From: Escherichia phage 241
Reading direction: 5' to 3' (one strand)
Length of the DNA stretch: 64,000 nt
Sequence record: OR924452
Below, piece by piece: positions 43,072 through 53,222 of this stretch (position 1 is its first letter; every line of letters begins with the position of its first letter). Made by a program: the position numbers and the translations under genes. The notes under the pieces are model-generated. The model was not told the origin of the DNA. It saw only the letters and a list, made by a program, of their open reading frames with translations, and did not search any database.

Positions 43072-44967
43072 ATGGCAACTCAAAGCTTCAGCGTTGCGCC
43101 GTCCGTACAGTGGACTGAGCGTGATGCCACGCTTCAGACTTCTCCGTCCGTGGTTGTTCAGGGCGCGACAGTCGGCAAATTTCAATGGGGTGAAGTCGAA
43201 CTCCCAGTGCTGGTGACTGGTGGTGAGACGGGTTTGGTGAAGAAATTCTTCAAACCTAATGACAGCACTGCGACAGATTTCCTTGTGATTGCAGACTTTT
43301 TGTCTTACAGCTCTATGGCATGGGTGACTCGTGTTGTTGGTCCTCTGGCCAAGAACTCTGTCACCAAAGGCCAGACAGCCATCACGATCAAAAACAAGCT
43401 GGATTTTGAAACAGCAAGTCCGTCAGCGTCTATCACTTGGGCTGGTCGTTATCCAGGATCTCTGGGAAATGACATCGCCATCAATGTTTGTGACTCCGCT
43501 GGATTTCCGACCTGGGAATTCCGTAACAACTTTGCGTACGCACCTCAATCTGGTGAATTCCATGTTGTGGTTGTAGACAAAGTTGGGCGCATTACTGACT
43601 CTGCAGGCGCAGTCGGTCAGGTTGATCGTATATCTGTTTCTGGCACGGCAACTGCAGCTGGCACCATCAGTGTGGCAGGTGAAGATATTGCATATCTGGA
43701 TACTGATACTCCGGCCACTTTGGCGACCAAAATCGGCGCGGCGCTGACGGCGCTGACAGATGTTTATTCTTCTGTCGTTGTTAAGTCTAACACTGTCATC
43801 GTGACCCATAAAGCTATTGGTCCCCAGACAGTTACTGCTATTGTTCCAGATGATAAGGGGCTGACTGCAACCGCCGTGATTACCACTGTTGGCGCATCTG
43901 GTTCTATTATCGAAAAATACGAACTCATGCAGAACACACAGGGTTCCAAAAAGTCCGATGGCGCGAATGCGTACTTCAAAGATGTCATCAATGATACATC
44001 AAATTGGGTGTACACCTTCGCTACCGCTCTGGCCGCAGGTGTTGTTGAATTAGAAGGCGGCGTAGACGACTACAATATCAACCGTGTCGCGGCTATCCAA
44101 GTTCTGAACAACGCCGAAGCATATGATGCGAAGCCAGTATTTGCATACTGTGAAGAGTTGATTGAACAACAGGCATTAATCGACTTGTCTACCGAGCGAA
44201 AAGACACCGTTTCCTTCGTGTCGCCTTTGCGTGATACTGTGGTCGGCAACCGTGGCCGTGAGATGGACGATGTGGTCGCTTGGCGTGAAAGTCTGGTGCG
44301 CGACTCCTCCTATTTCTTCATGGACGACAACTGGGCATACGTGTACGATAAATACAACGATAAGATGCGCTGGATCCCTGCTTGCGGCGGTACAGCGGGT
44401 GTTTGGGCACGTAGTATTGAAATCGCGGGTATCTACAAATCTCCTGCGTTCCACAACCGTGGCAAATACAACAACTACAATCGAATGGCGTGGTCTGCGT
44501 CTTCCGATGAACGTGCCGTGTTGTACCGCAACCAGATTAACAGCATCGTGACCTTCTCCAATGAAGGTATCGTGTTGTATGGTGACAAAACTGGTCTGAC
44601 TCGTCCGTCTGCTTTCGATCGTATCAATGTTCGCGGTCTGTTTATTATGGCAGAACAGAACATCGCTGCAATCGCCAAATATTACCTTGGTGAGAACAAT
44701 GATGCGTTCACTCGCAGTCTGTTCAGCAACGCTGTTCGTCCTTATATTCGCCAGCTGGCAAATATGGGTGCGATCTACGATGGTAAAGTCAAGTGTGACG
44801 AAGATAACAACACTGCTGACGTCATCGCGGCAAATCAGATGGTCGCTGGTATCTGGCTGAAACCGGAATACAGCATCAATTGGGTGTATCTTGACTTTGC
44901 TGCAGTTCGTCCGGATATGGAGTTCTCTGAAATTGAATCCGGCGGCGGCATCGTTGCTGCTTCTTAA
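43072..44967 (+). CDS. gp18: Tail sheath protein (T4 gp18-like)
   Basis: GKFQWGEVELPV matches the T4 gp18 N-terminus; AAGGAA RBS; start at the ATG at 43072. Confidence 0.85.
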   Translation: MATQSFSVAPSVQWTERDATLQTSPSVVVQGATVGKFQWGEVELPVLVTGGETGLVKKFFKPNDSTATDFLVIADFLSYSSMAWVTRVVGPLAKNSVTKGQTAITIKNKLDFETASPSASITWAGRYPGSLGNDIAINVCDSAGFPTWEFRNNFAYAPQSGEFHVVVVDKVGRITDSAGAVGQVDRISVSGTATAAGTISVAGEDIAYLDTDTPATLATKIGAALTALTDVYSSVVVKSNTVIVTHKAIGPQTVTAIVPDDKGLTATAVITTVGASGSIIEKYELMQNTQGSKKSDGANAYFKDVINDTSNWVYTFATALAAGVVELEGGVDDYNINRVAAIQVLNNAEAYDAKPVFAYCEELIEQQALIDLSTERKDTVSFVSPLRDTVVGNRGREMDDVVAWRESLVRDSSYFFMDDNWAYVYDKYNDKMRWIPACGGTAGVWARSIEIAGIYKSPAFHNRGKYNNYNRMAWSASSDERAVLYRNQINSIVTFSNEGIVLYGDKTGLTRPSAFDRINVRGLFIMAEQNIAAIAKYYLGENNDAFTRSLFSNAVRPYIRQLANMGAIYDGKVKCDEDNNTADVIAANQMVAGIWLKPEYSINWVYLDFAAVRPDMEFSEIESGGGIVAAS

Positions 44968-44973
44968 AAGATC

Positions 44974-45000
44974 AACCCCGCTTCGGCGGGGTTTTCCTTT
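44974..45000 (+). terminator. Rho-independent terminator
   Basis: AACCCCGCTTCGGCGGGGTT hairpin plus TTTCCTTT. Confidence 0.8.
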
Positions 45001-45023
45001 ATCCCACATATTTGAGTTATTGA

Positions 45024-45482
45024 ATGATATACGCATACAAAATTGAAATGGTTTGTAATGGAAAGGTCTACATCGGTGTGACCAATGACCCACAACGAAG
45101 ATATGATCAGCATTTTGCGAATGCCTTTCATCATGGAGTCCAAAGTGAATTGTATGACGCCATGCGTAAGTATGGAACATCTGGATTTACTTTCGTTGTA
45201 ATTGCTCAGACCGATGAAGTCCATAAATGGGAATTAGAGAAGCAACTCATCGCTCAATATAATTCTTATGAGATGGGTTACAACATGAATAAAGGCGGTA
45301 ATGATGGAAGTCATATGCTGGGTAAAACTGCAGCAAAATTGACATCCACAGGTGAACACATTGGTCTTGTTTCTCTCATAGATCCCCGTTGGGAATTGTG
45401 TGAAATCGAACCTGTTTCAAGTAATGTTCACCATGGTTTCGATCTTTCTTCTATGAAGATTAAAAGATTGACGACTAATTAG
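45024..45482 (+). CDS. GIY-YIG homing endonuclease (Seg-like), free-standing
   Basis: N-terminal MIYAYKIEMVCNGKVYIGVTNDPQRRYDQH carries the GIY...YIG...R signature; inserted between the tail sheath and tail tube genes. Confidence 0.8.
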   Translation: MIYAYKIEMVCNGKVYIGVTNDPQRRYDQHFANAFHHGVQSELYDAMRKYGTSGFTFVVIAQTDEVHKWELEKQLIAQYNSYEMGYNMNKGGNDGSHMLGKTAAKLTSTGEHIGLVSLIDPRWELCEIEPVSSNVHHGFDLSSMKIKRLTTN

Positions 45483-45512
45483 AATTGTGTACTCTTATTT
45501 GGAGATATAAAA

Positions 45513-46046
45513 ATGGCGACAGTCAATGAGTTTCGCGCAGCCATGTCACGAGGGGGCGGCGTACAACGCCAACACCGCTGGCGTGTGACTGTAAACTTTC
45601 CTTCTTTTGTTGCTGGTTCCGACACAATTCGCGACGTGTCCTTGCTGGCTGTAACTACCAACACCCCGACAGGTCAGCTGGGTGAAATTCTGGTGCCCTG
45701 GGGTGGTCGTGAACTTCCATTCCCAGGCGACCGTCGTTTCGAAGCACTGCCTGTAACATTCATTAACGTTGTGAACAACGCGCCGTACAACGCATTTGAA
45801 GTGTGGCAGCAATTCATCAATGGTAGTGAAAACAACCGCGCCAGCGCGAATCCAGATGATTATTTCCGTGATATCATCATGGAGCTTCTGGATGCGAATG
45901 ACAATGTCACCAAGACATGGACTTTGCAGGGTGGCTGGCCTCAAAACCTCGGCCAATTGGAACTCGATATGTCTGCGATGGACTCTTATACACAGTTCAC
46001 CGTCGATCTGCGTTATTTCCAAGCCGTGTCAGACAAATCTTTATAA
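45513..46046 (+). CDS. gp19: Tail tube protein (T4 gp19-like)
   Basis: C-terminus GGWPQNLGQLELDMSAMDSYTQFTVDLRYFQ matches T4 gp19 GLWPTNVGELQLDWDSNNEIQTFEVTLALDYWE. Confidence 0.85.
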   Translation: MATVNEFRAAMSRGGGVQRQHRWRVTVNFPSFVAGSDTIRDVSLLAVTTNTPTGQLGEILVPWGGRELPFPGDRRFEALPVTFINVVNNAPYNAFEVWQQFINGSENNRASANPDDYFRDIIMELLDANDNVTKTWTLQGGWPQNLGQLELDMSAMDSYTQFTVDLRYFQAVSDKSL

Positions 46047-46113
46047 TGTCCTCGGTGCTGGGGGAATCATATTCCCCCTCACTAATTACAAGAAAATGTT
46101 GAGGACTTAGATC

Positions 46114-47796
46114 ATGGCTGGATACGGCAGAGGGTTCTTCGGTTTGTTTGGCGGCGGCGGTTTGGTGAACGCTAAAGTCGACACCGATAAGTTAGCCCAA
46201 AAACAAGATGAACGGTTGCTAACCAAAGCGACAGTTGTTGCTCTGGACGACGCTCAAGACGGTTCTATAATCCTTCAGGGTGGTGCGAACACCTACAACT
46301 ATGTTGGCGTTGAAAGTGAACTTCTCAGCGTTAAAACAGTTGTGGAAGAATATCAGTCCATGGCTCAACAGCCTGAAATTCGCAAAGCGGTGGACATTAT
46401 TGTCAATGATGTTGTCACCTGTGAGGAAGATGAAACTCCAGTGACAGTAAACCTTGACAAAGTTGAAGGGATATCTGATACTGTTAAAGAATCTATCACT
46501 GAATGCTTCAAAGAAGTTATGCACTTGATGGACTTTGACAATACGGCATATCAGAAGATCCGGAAATGGTATGTTGACGGTCGACAAGCATATCATGTCA
46601 TCGTTGATCCCACGAATAAAAAAGGCGGGATCAAGAAATTGGTTATGCTTGATTCTCGTTGCATTCGTCCTGTCTATATCGTTGAGAAGGCGATGCGTGA
46701 AGGTGGTATCGAAGCAATAGAATCTGTAACGCTGAAATATTATTACAACCCGAATTACAACCGGAACCAATTCACTGGTCAGTCAGGGACTTCTCAAAAC
46801 TTCCAGCCTTCACAACAAGAACTCGTATTCGATGACGAAAGCATTGTTTACATCGATAGTGGTGAAGAGCCATTGGCCAATGGTATTGTCCCAGGCCTTT
46901 TAAATCCTGCTATCCGTCCGTTGAACAACCTGGTTACGACTGAAGATGCGACTGTAATTTATGCCATCACTCGCGCCCCTGAGAAACGCGCATTCTATCT
47001 TGACGTCGGTACTCTCGGTAAGAAATCTGCTGAAGAATACATGACCATGATGATGGGTAAATTCAAAAACCGCAACGCATATGACCGCACCACTGGTAAG
47101 ATAACAGGTAATGCCCATCTTATGGGTATTGCAGAGGATTATTGGTTGCCGCGCCGCGAAGGTCAGAATGCTACAGAGATCGCGACTGTTGGTGGTGGGA
47201 ATCAATTGGGCGAAATGGATCACGTGAACTATTTCCGTGAAAAACTCTATGATGCTCTAATGATCCCTAAGAGCCGCCTCCAAGAGGAAGGATCTATTAA
47301 CATTGGGGGTTCTAACCTTGCGGAGATTACACAGGAAGAGCTGCGTTTCAGCAAGTTCTGTGCTGGGTTACGTCGTCGTTACTCCCATTTCTTTATGGAG
47401 TTTTTACGTCGCCAATTAATTTTGAAAGGCGTGACTGACGAAAAAGATTGGAATGAAAAAATCAAGCCGTTTATTAAGTTTGAATTCACTTCTGATAGCT
47501 ATATTCGTGAGCAACAAGAAAACGCCATATTAAATGATCGCCTGGCTTCTCTGAACACTGTTGAGCCTTTTGTTGGTTCTATATTCTCCATCGATTATGT
47601 CATGCGGAATGTTCTGCGTATGTCAGACGAAGAAGTTAAAGAACAACAGGCTAAGATCGCGGAAGAGAAGAAGAAAGGTCTCTATCCGAAGGTTCAAGCA
47701 GATGAAACTGGCAATTATAGTGGTTCAGATGTTAGTCCGTTGAAGTTTAAACCTGAGACTATCCCATTCTCCGGTTCAACAGACGATAGTATTTAA
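46114..47796 (+). CDS. gp20: Portal protein (T4 gp20-like)
   Basis: Segments RKWYVDGRQAYHVIVDP, IYAITRAPEKRAFYLDVGTL and EDYWLPRREGQNATEIATV align with T4 gp20. Confidence 0.9.
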   Translation: MAGYGRGFFGLFGGGGLVNAKVDTDKLAQKQDERLLTKATVVALDDAQDGSIILQGGANTYNYVGVESELLSVKTVVEEYQSMAQQPEIRKAVDIIVNDVVTCEEDETPVTVNLDKVEGISDTVKESITECFKEVMHLMDFDNTAYQKIRKWYVDGRQAYHVIVDPTNKKGGIKKLVMLDSRCIRPVYIVEKAMREGGIEAIESVTLKYYYNPNYNRNQFTGQSGTSQNFQPSQQELVFDDESIVYIDSGEEPLANGIVPGLLNPAIRPLNNLVTTEDATVIYAITRAPEKRAFYLDVGTLGKKSAEEYMTMMMGKFKNRNAYDRTTGKITGNAHLMGIAEDYWLPRREGQNATEIATVGGGNQLGEMDHVNYFREKLYDALMIPKSRLQEEGSINIGGSNLAEITQEELRFSKFCAGLRRRYSHFFMEFLRRQLILKGVTDEKDWNEKIKPFIKFEFTSDSYIREQQENAILNDRLASLNTVEPFVGSIFSIDYVMRNVLRMSDEEVKEQQAKIAEEKKKGLYPKVQADETGNYSGSDVSPLKFKPETIPFSGSTDDSI

Positions 47797-47837
47797 AGTT
47801 CAACTAAATATAGAAAATTAATTCGGAGATCAAAATC

Positions 47838-48008
47838 ATGAGCGCAATTGATATCGTTCGTGCAGTAATTGACGGTGACACTGAAACTGCTGTTGCAGAA
47901 TGCAACATGGAACTTGATGCACGTAGTCAAGAACTATTGAACCAAGGCACAGCATATGTTCTGGATTCTATCGCAGCCGATATGAATTCAAACAACAACG
48001 GCCAGTAA
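47838..48008 (+). CDS. gp67: Prohead core protein (T4 gp67-like, by synteny)
   Basis: 56-aa ORF (below the track's length cutoff) between the portal and gp68-like genes. Confidence 0.5.
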   Translation: MSAIDIVRAVIDGDTETAVAECNMELDARSQELLNQGTAYVLDSIAADMNSNNNGQ

Positions 48009-48016
48009 GGAGATGC

Positions 48017-48334
48017 ATGATGGAAATCACAGAGATCGCCACGTTCGCTGATTTCCTGGCCTCTCGTATGGACGAGCAGCGAGTCATCGATAAAGTGAAC
48101 GCTCGTGGTAAACGCCGCCGCCGCTTGAAATGTGCCCCTGGGTTCAAATTGTCGGCTGATGGTTCACGTTGTGAAGTTATGGACGCCAGCGAACGTCGTG
48201 TTCGCAAGATCGGCAACCGCAAAGCCCTCCGCTCTAAAAAGCGTATGGGAATGGGCTATCAACGTAAAATCGAGCGCCGCAAGAAAAAGGCTATGAAGTT
48301 CCGCAAAATGATGGGACTGAGTAAGAACAAGTAA
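48017..48334 (+). CDS. gp68: Prohead core protein (T4 gp68-like, by synteny)
   Basis: 105-aa basic protein; AAGGAG RBS. Confidence 0.55.
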   Translation: MMEITEIATFADFLASRMDEQRVIDKVNARGKRRRRLKCAPGFKLSADGSRCEVMDASERRVRKIGNRKALRSKKRMGMGYQRKIERRKKKAMKFRKMMGLSKNK

Positions 48335-48341
48335 GGAGTTT

Positions 48342-49010
48342 ATGATGAAACTGTTGCGTGAGATCACAGCGATAGGGAAGGATCTTCAAATCGGTGAGGC
48401 CACAACCTCAACTGGTGGGAAGGCCATGTTCATCGAAGGTCCGTTTGTGATGTGTAACCAAGTCAACCGTAACGGGCGTAACTATGATCTACAGAAAGTG
48501 GGTATTCCTGCTGTCGAAGCATACGACAAAGAGTATATCCAAGATCGTCGCGCAATCGGTGAAGTCACACATCCTGACTATCCTTTCCCTAATTTAGTGG
48601 AAGCTGCGCTCAAAACCGAATCCCTTCGCTGGGAAGGCACTAATGCCATCGGTCGGGCGAGAATTTTAAACACACCAAAAGGCCAAATCATTCGTGCATT
48701 GGCCGAAGCAGACTTCAATCTGGCCGTATCTACTCGTGGCCTGGGTGAGACTAAGTCGGTAAGCGGTTATGATGATGTTCAGCCTGGCTTTATGCTTACC
48801 GCCGTTGACGCAGTTGACCGTCCTTCTGGACAAGTTTGTTATGTTAAGGCTGTGAGTGAATCTGTTGAATGGCAGCTGGACGAGGCTTCGGGTATTTGGA
48901 TGCCTCGTGATGTTAAAGGGAAAGTTGTAGACCAGTTGGTGAAAGCCAATATCCAGGTTGAAGACGATTTCCTGCGCCGCCTTGATGCAGCATTGAATCA
49001 TCTGGGCTGA
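48342..49010 (+). CDS. gp21: Prohead protease (T4 gp21-like)
   Basis: FIEGPFVMCNQVNRNGRNYDL and GEVTHP align with T4 gp21. Confidence 0.85.
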   Translation: MMKLLREITAIGKDLQIGEATTSTGGKAMFIEGPFVMCNQVNRNGRNYDLQKVGIPAVEAYDKEYIQDRRAIGEVTHPDYPFPNLVEAALKTESLRWEGTNAIGRARILNTPKGQIIRALAEADFNLAVSTRGLGETKSVSGYDDVQPGFMLTAVDAVDRPSGQVCYVKAVSESVEWQLDEASGIWMPRDVKGKVVDQLVKANIQVEDDFLRRLDAALNHLG

Positions 49011-49056
49011 ATTTCAGCTCACTAAATACTGAAAAATCGTTCAGAAGGAAACTATC

Positions 49057-49896
49057 ATGAAACCTGAATTGCAAAATCTGTTTGAAGGCGTTAACGGCAT
49101 CAGCCCAGATTTCCTGGATAAAGTATCCAATTTGCTGGAATCGAAAGTTGAAGCGGCTCGTCTGAAAGCTATCCAAGAAACCGAAGCAGCTGGCAACGTC
49201 GAGCGCCTGAATCTGGTAGAATCTCACCAGAAAGAAATCGCCGACCTGAAAGAAAATTTCATTCTGCAATTGGCTGGGAAAGTTGACTCATTCCTCAACG
49301 CGGTGGTTGAAGAATGGGCTAACAAAAATGCCCCAGCTATTGACGCTCAGATCAAAACTGAAGCTGCTGAACGCTTCCTCACTGGTTTCTCCAACGTGCT
49401 GAAAGAAGCAGGTGTGAGTTTCGCTACTGACCCAGACGGTCAGATTGCCGCCCTCACCAGTCGCCTTGCTGAAGCAGAACAACGCGCCAACATGGCTAAT
49501 ACAGAGTTGAGCCAACTCAAAGAAAGCGAGACTAAACGCCAGCGCACCGACGTAATTGATCGCATTTGTGAAGGTATGGTTGACACCAAGAAAGACACTG
49601 TTGTCAACCTGCTGGAAGGTATTGAATTCCAGACCGAGTCTGAATTCGAATCGCGTGTTCGCACCTTCCGTAATCTGGTAGAAGGTAAAGATGACTTCTC
49701 TGACAAAGTCGGTAAAGACAATGAAAAGGGTAAGCCAGATGGCGACAAGGCTGAAAAAGACATCAAAGAAGGTAAGAAACAGAAAAAAGAAGGTGATGTT
49801 GTTGACGACGATAAAGACGACGACGACAGAGACGAAGTTGGCAAAGAAGTCAACGAAGCCGTCCGTCGCCAGATCAGCGCCATTCTGAACGGCTAA
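49057..49896 (+). CDS. gp22: Prohead scaffold protein (T4 gp22-like)
   Basis: Highly charged, coiled-coil-like 279-aa protein between the protease and major capsid genes; CTAAATACT motif upstream. Confidence 0.7.
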   Translation: MKPELQNLFEGVNGISPDFLDKVSNLLESKVEAARLKAIQETEAAGNVERLNLVESHQKEIADLKENFILQLAGKVDSFLNAVVEEWANKNAPAIDAQIKTEAAERFLTGFSNVLKEAGVSFATDPDGQIAALTSRLAEAEQRANMANTELSQLKESETKRQRTDVIDRICEGMVDTKKDTVVNLLEGIEFQTESEFESRVRTFRNLVEGKDDFSDKVGKDNEKGKPDGDKAEKDIKEGKKQKKEGDVVDDDKDDDDRDEVGKEVNEAVRRQISAILNG

Positions 49897-49908
49897 TTTT
49901 AGCAGCCA

Positions 49909-49935
49909 CAGCCCTCGAAAGGGGGCTTGATTTTG
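49909..49935 (+). terminator. Possible attenuating terminator before the capsid gene
   Basis: GCCCTCGAAAGGGGGC hairpin plus TTGATTTTG. Confidence 0.4.
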
Positions 49936-49987
49936 AACTACTAAGTAATTTCAACTTAACTGAATATCAATGTAAGGAACGAGCATC

Positions 49988-51310
49988 ATGACTAAGAAAC
50001 TTGTAACCGAAGAAATGCGCAAACAGTGGCTGCCAGTTCTCCAAAAAGAATCTGAAGCCATCCAACCTCTGTCTGCCGAAAACGTAACCATCCGTCTGAT
50101 GCAAAACCAGGCCGAGTGGAACGCTAAAAACCTGGGCGAATCCGACGCTCCTGGTTCTGTAAACAGCACTGTCGGTAAATGGCAGCCAGTCCTGATCGAC
50201 ATGGCAAAACGTCTGGCGCCGATCAACATCGCAATGGACTTCTTCGGCGTTCAGCCGCTGTCTGGTCCTGATGGTCAGATCTTCGCACTGCGTGCTCGCC
50301 AAGGCGTTGGTGACGGTTCTACTACCGCTCAGGCGCGTAAAGAACTGTTCATGAACGAAGCCGATTCCGGCTACTCTGGTGATGGCACTGTACAGGCTGG
50401 TGACCCGTCAGGCTTCAGTCAGGCTGAGATCGAAGGTTCCGGCTCTGTCGTGACCACTATCGGTAAAGGTATGCCGTCAACCGACGCGGAACTGCTGGGT
50501 ACTACCACCAATCCGTGGGCGCGTGTTGGTATCACCGTTCAGAAAGCGACCGTTACTGCCAAGTCTCGCGGCCTGTATGCTGATTACAGCCATGAACTGC
50601 GTCAGGATATGATGGCAATTCACGGCGAAGACGTGGACAATATCCTGTCTGACGTGATGGTAACTGAAATTCAGGCGGAAATGAACCGTGAATTCATCCG
50701 CACCATGAACTTCAGTGCTGTTCGTTTCAAAAAATTCGGCACCAACGGTGTTGTTGATATCGCGCAGGACATCTCCGGTCGTTGGGCGCTGGAAAAATGG
50801 AAATTCCTGACTTTCATGCTGGAAGTCGAAGCGAATGGTATCGGCGTTGACACCCGTCGTGGTAAAGGCAACCGTGTTCTGTGTTCTCCGAACGTGGCGT
50901 CTGCTCTGGCGATGTCCGGCATGCTGGACTATGCTCCGGTTCTGCAGGAAAACACCAAACTGGCTGTTGACCCGACTGGTCAGACCTTCGCGGGTGTTCT
51001 GTCCAACGGTATGCGCGTCTATGTTGACCCGTATGCTGTAGCAGAATATATCACCCTGGCGTACAAAGGCGCGACTGCGCTGGATGCTGGTATCTTCTTC
51101 GCACCGTATGTGCCGCTGGAAATGTACCGCACCCAGGGTGAAACCACCTTCGCTCCGCGTATGGCGTTCAAAACCCGTTACGGCATCTGTGCTAACCCGT
51201 TCGTTCAGATTCCGGCTAACCAAGACCCGCAGGTTTACGTGACTGCTGACGGTATTGCTCAAGACAGCAACCCATACTTCCGTAAAGGTCTCATCAAATC
51301 TCTGTTCTAA
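49988..51310 (+). CDS. gp23: Major capsid protein (T4 gp23-like)
   Basis: GVQPLSGPDGQIFALRARQG, YVDPYAVAEYITLAYKG and MAFKTRYGICANPF align with T4 gp23. Confidence 0.9.
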   Translation: MTKKLVTEEMRKQWLPVLQKESEAIQPLSAENVTIRLMQNQAEWNAKNLGESDAPGSVNSTVGKWQPVLIDMAKRLAPINIAMDFFGVQPLSGPDGQIFALRARQGVGDGSTTAQARKELFMNEADSGYSGDGTVQAGDPSGFSQAEIEGSGSVVTTIGKGMPSTDAELLGTTTNPWARVGITVQKATVTAKSRGLYADYSHELRQDMMAIHGEDVDNILSDVMVTEIQAEMNREFIRTMNFSAVRFKKFGTNGVVDIAQDISGRWALEKWKFLTFMLEVEANGIGVDTRRGKGNRVLCSPNVASALAMSGMLDYAPVLQENTKLAVDPTGQTFAGVLSNGMRVYVDPYAVAEYITLAYKGATALDAGIFFAPYVPLEMYRTQGETTFAPRMAFKTRYGICANPFVQIPANQDPQVYVTADGIAQDSNPYFRKGLIKSLF

Positions 51311-51330
51311 TCAACAGGTTTTGATAAACA

Positions 51331-51358
51331 AACCCCGCCATGTGCGGGGTTTTTCTTT
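51331..51358 (+). terminator. Rho-independent terminator
   Basis: CCCCGCCATGTGCGGGG hairpin plus TTTTTCTTT. Confidence 0.8.
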
Positions 51359-51406
51359 ATAGGGATATGTAAGATAATAAAGCCTCATTTATCAAAGGAG
51401 GTTAAA

Positions 51407-51643
51407 ATGTCTCATCAATTATCCGGCGGTGCCATCGATACTCTATTCGTTCTTTTCTGGTTTGGACCTCGTGAAGCTGGGGAAATACCTGCTAAATCTG
51501 GAGAAGCCGAATTGGCATCCCTGGGGTTTTGTAAACGAGTTGATGTTAAAAACGTACCAAAAGGTCGAGATACACATCTGTGTGTACTCACCGAGGAAGG
51601 TTACAAATACGCATATCTGAAATATGTTTCTCAAAATACGTGA
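51407..51643 (+). CDS. Hypothetical small protein
   Basis: 78-aa ORF with AGGAGG RBS. Confidence 0.5.
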   Translation: MSHQLSGGAIDTLFVLFWFGPREAGEIPAKSGEAELASLGFCKRVDVKNVPKGRDTHLCVLTEEGYKYAYLKYVSQNT

Positions 51644-51730
51644 TTGTTTATCGTAACGATTTAATACGCGAATAGTTCAATAACAATTCCTGTTGTACGA
51701 TATAACTTTCTTACAACAGGAGTATCAGTC

Positions 51731-52045
51731 ATGACAACCCGAAATATTACCTCTGAACAATCCGTGTCACAAATCCTCATTAATTCCCGCACCCAAAAAG
51801 AACGTCTTTTTGACATCCTCACTAATGTGATCAATATTCGTCGACAATTAGATGGTGAATTTCCCGAATCTGATTCTGAAGAAAAATCAACATACAATCC
51901 AGGTCTTGTTGGTGCTATCCTTAACATACAAGGAGAGCAGGACGATATCATCGATAGAATCAATGCCCACATGGACGTCATCCATACTAAACTGGGAACG
52001 TTTTATCACCCAAATTGTGAAGACGAGTCTAAAGATAATTGTTAA
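51731..52045 (+). CDS. Hypothetical protein
   Basis: 104-aa ORF with AGGAG RBS. Confidence 0.5.
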   Translation: MTTRNITSEQSVSQILINSRTQKERLFDILTNVINIRRQLDGEFPESDSEEKSTYNPGLVGAILNIQGEQDDIIDRINAHMDVIHTKLGTFYHPNCEDESKDNC

Positions 52046-52106
52046 TGTTTTCAATAAATGGGTAATGAACCATCATTACCCAACTTTCACAATAGGAATA
52101 CAACTC

Positions 52107-52301
52107 ATGGCAAAAGAAACTCTTAACAATGAAAACTCCAACTTTGCAGAATGGCATACCGAATTAGAGCGCGTTGCCCGTTCTCAACATGGTTCTGCCG
52201 CTGATGCAGATGCTTGGCGTGAAGATTATGAATCTGGCAAAACTCCACGTCAGGCTTGGGAAGACGAATGGGGGTGGGATGATGCCGACTCTAATCCGTA
52301 A
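52107..52301 (+). CDS. Hypothetical small acidic protein
   Basis: Internal ATG (MAKETLNN) with AGGAAT RBS inside track ORF 51852..52301. Confidence 0.35.
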   Translation: MAKETLNNENSNFAEWHTELERVARSQHGSAADADAWREDYESGKTPRQAWEDEWGWDDADSNP

Positions 52302-52512
52302 GATATATCTGGATAAGAACTATTTGGAATCTAAAATCGAAATTTTCACGGCTCAAAAAATATTTGAAGACGGTGAAACGAGATATTATCTGAAGCCAGA
52401 TCTTTATCTACCAGGAAGTAATTTGAATTGCGACATAACCCAAATGGACGGCACGATCATTCGTTGGGAGTTGGCAAGTCAAGAAGACTCATGCAACCAT
52501 TTATCACTTTGA
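52279..52512 (+). CDS. Hypothetical small protein
   Basis: ATG-ATG start overlapping the end of the previous gene; 77 aa. Confidence 0.35.
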   Translation: MMPTLIRKIYLDKNYLESKIEIFTAQKIFEDGETRYYLKPDLYLPGSNLNCDITQMDGTIIRWELASQEDSCNHLSL

Positions 52513-52527
52513 AGAGAGAACTACATC

Positions 52528-52968
52528 ATGTCAAAAGGAAAATACATATTCATCAGCCCCGCCACGAAAGAGTTCTTCATCTCCGACGTGAAAGATCGTG
52601 TTGAGAAGTTCCGCTACATGCGCAGCTATGGTTTGCCATCTGGTGATATTGATTATCAGTCACTGGACAATGATCGCCAGGATCTGATTGATGACGGCTG
52701 GCGTTTAGTCCCCTCCCCTCAGTACATCCACATCAAGCTGTACTACATGAAGGACAGCGGGAAGTATTATTCTGAAGGCGAACTTGTCCTCAATCGCGGC
52801 GAGGCCGAGGCCGAACCTGCTAAGAACTGGATGATGGCAATGGATCAAATCCGTGGACTGCTAGATTCCGGCAATCTGCCTGGCCTGATCAAGGGTTCTA
52901 AATTCGACGTGTTCGTTACTGGCCAGGGTCATCCTGGTGGTTATCCGCATTTGTTCCGTATTAACTGA
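52528..52968 (+). CDS. Hypothetical protein
   Basis: 146-aa ORF with GAGAGA RBS-like sequence. Confidence 0.5.
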   Translation: MSKGKYIFISPATKEFFISDVKDRVEKFRYMRSYGLPSGDIDYQSLDNDRQDLIDDGWRLVPSPQYIHIKLYYMKDSGKYYSEGELVLNRGEAEAEPAKNWMMAMDQIRGLLDSGNLPGLIKGSKFDVFVTGQGHPGGYPHLFRIN

Positions 52969-52976
52969 GGTCCGAT

Positions 52977-53213
52977 ATGAGAATCAAAAAGATTGGAGCA
53001 AGCCCGTTGACGGGCACTATCTTCCAAGGTACATTGAATACCAAAACCAGTATGTGGGTAGGTGAGAAGACCGACGTGACTAACGACTGTGTAGCGGCTA
53101 CGGCTGAACACATGCGCCACATCAAGAAAGACTACTGCTTCCCTACTAAAGACGGCAAGTTCCTGGTGCTGAGCGCTGAGGTTCACGACACTCTTCCTGA
53201 TCGCTTCAAATAA
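52977..53213 (+). CDS. Hypothetical small protein
   Basis: 78-aa ORF closely following the previous gene. Confidence 0.45.
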   Translation: MRIKKIGASPLTGTIFQGTLNTKTSMWVGEKTDVTNDCVAATAEHMRHIKKDYCFPTKDGKFLVLSAEVHDTLPDRFK

Positions 53214-53222
53214 ATTTAAAAT

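Noticed and set aside
44176-45180. 334-aa minus-strand ORF overlapping the tail sheath gene
   Set aside because: Antisense to gp18, which has clear T4 homology; spurious open frame.
46219-46770. 183-aa minus-strand ORF inside the portal gene
   Set aside because: Antisense to gp20; spurious.
50477-51262. 261-aa minus-strand ORF inside the major capsid gene
   Set aside because: Antisense to the conserved capsid gene; spurious.
49988-51310. Possibility that the 440-aa capsid-like protein is the gp24 vertex paralogue rather than the major capsid protein
   Set aside because: It directly follows the scaffold gene as gp23 does in T4, has a strong terminator, and no second gp23-like gene precedes it in the window; a gp24-like paralogue may lie outside the window.
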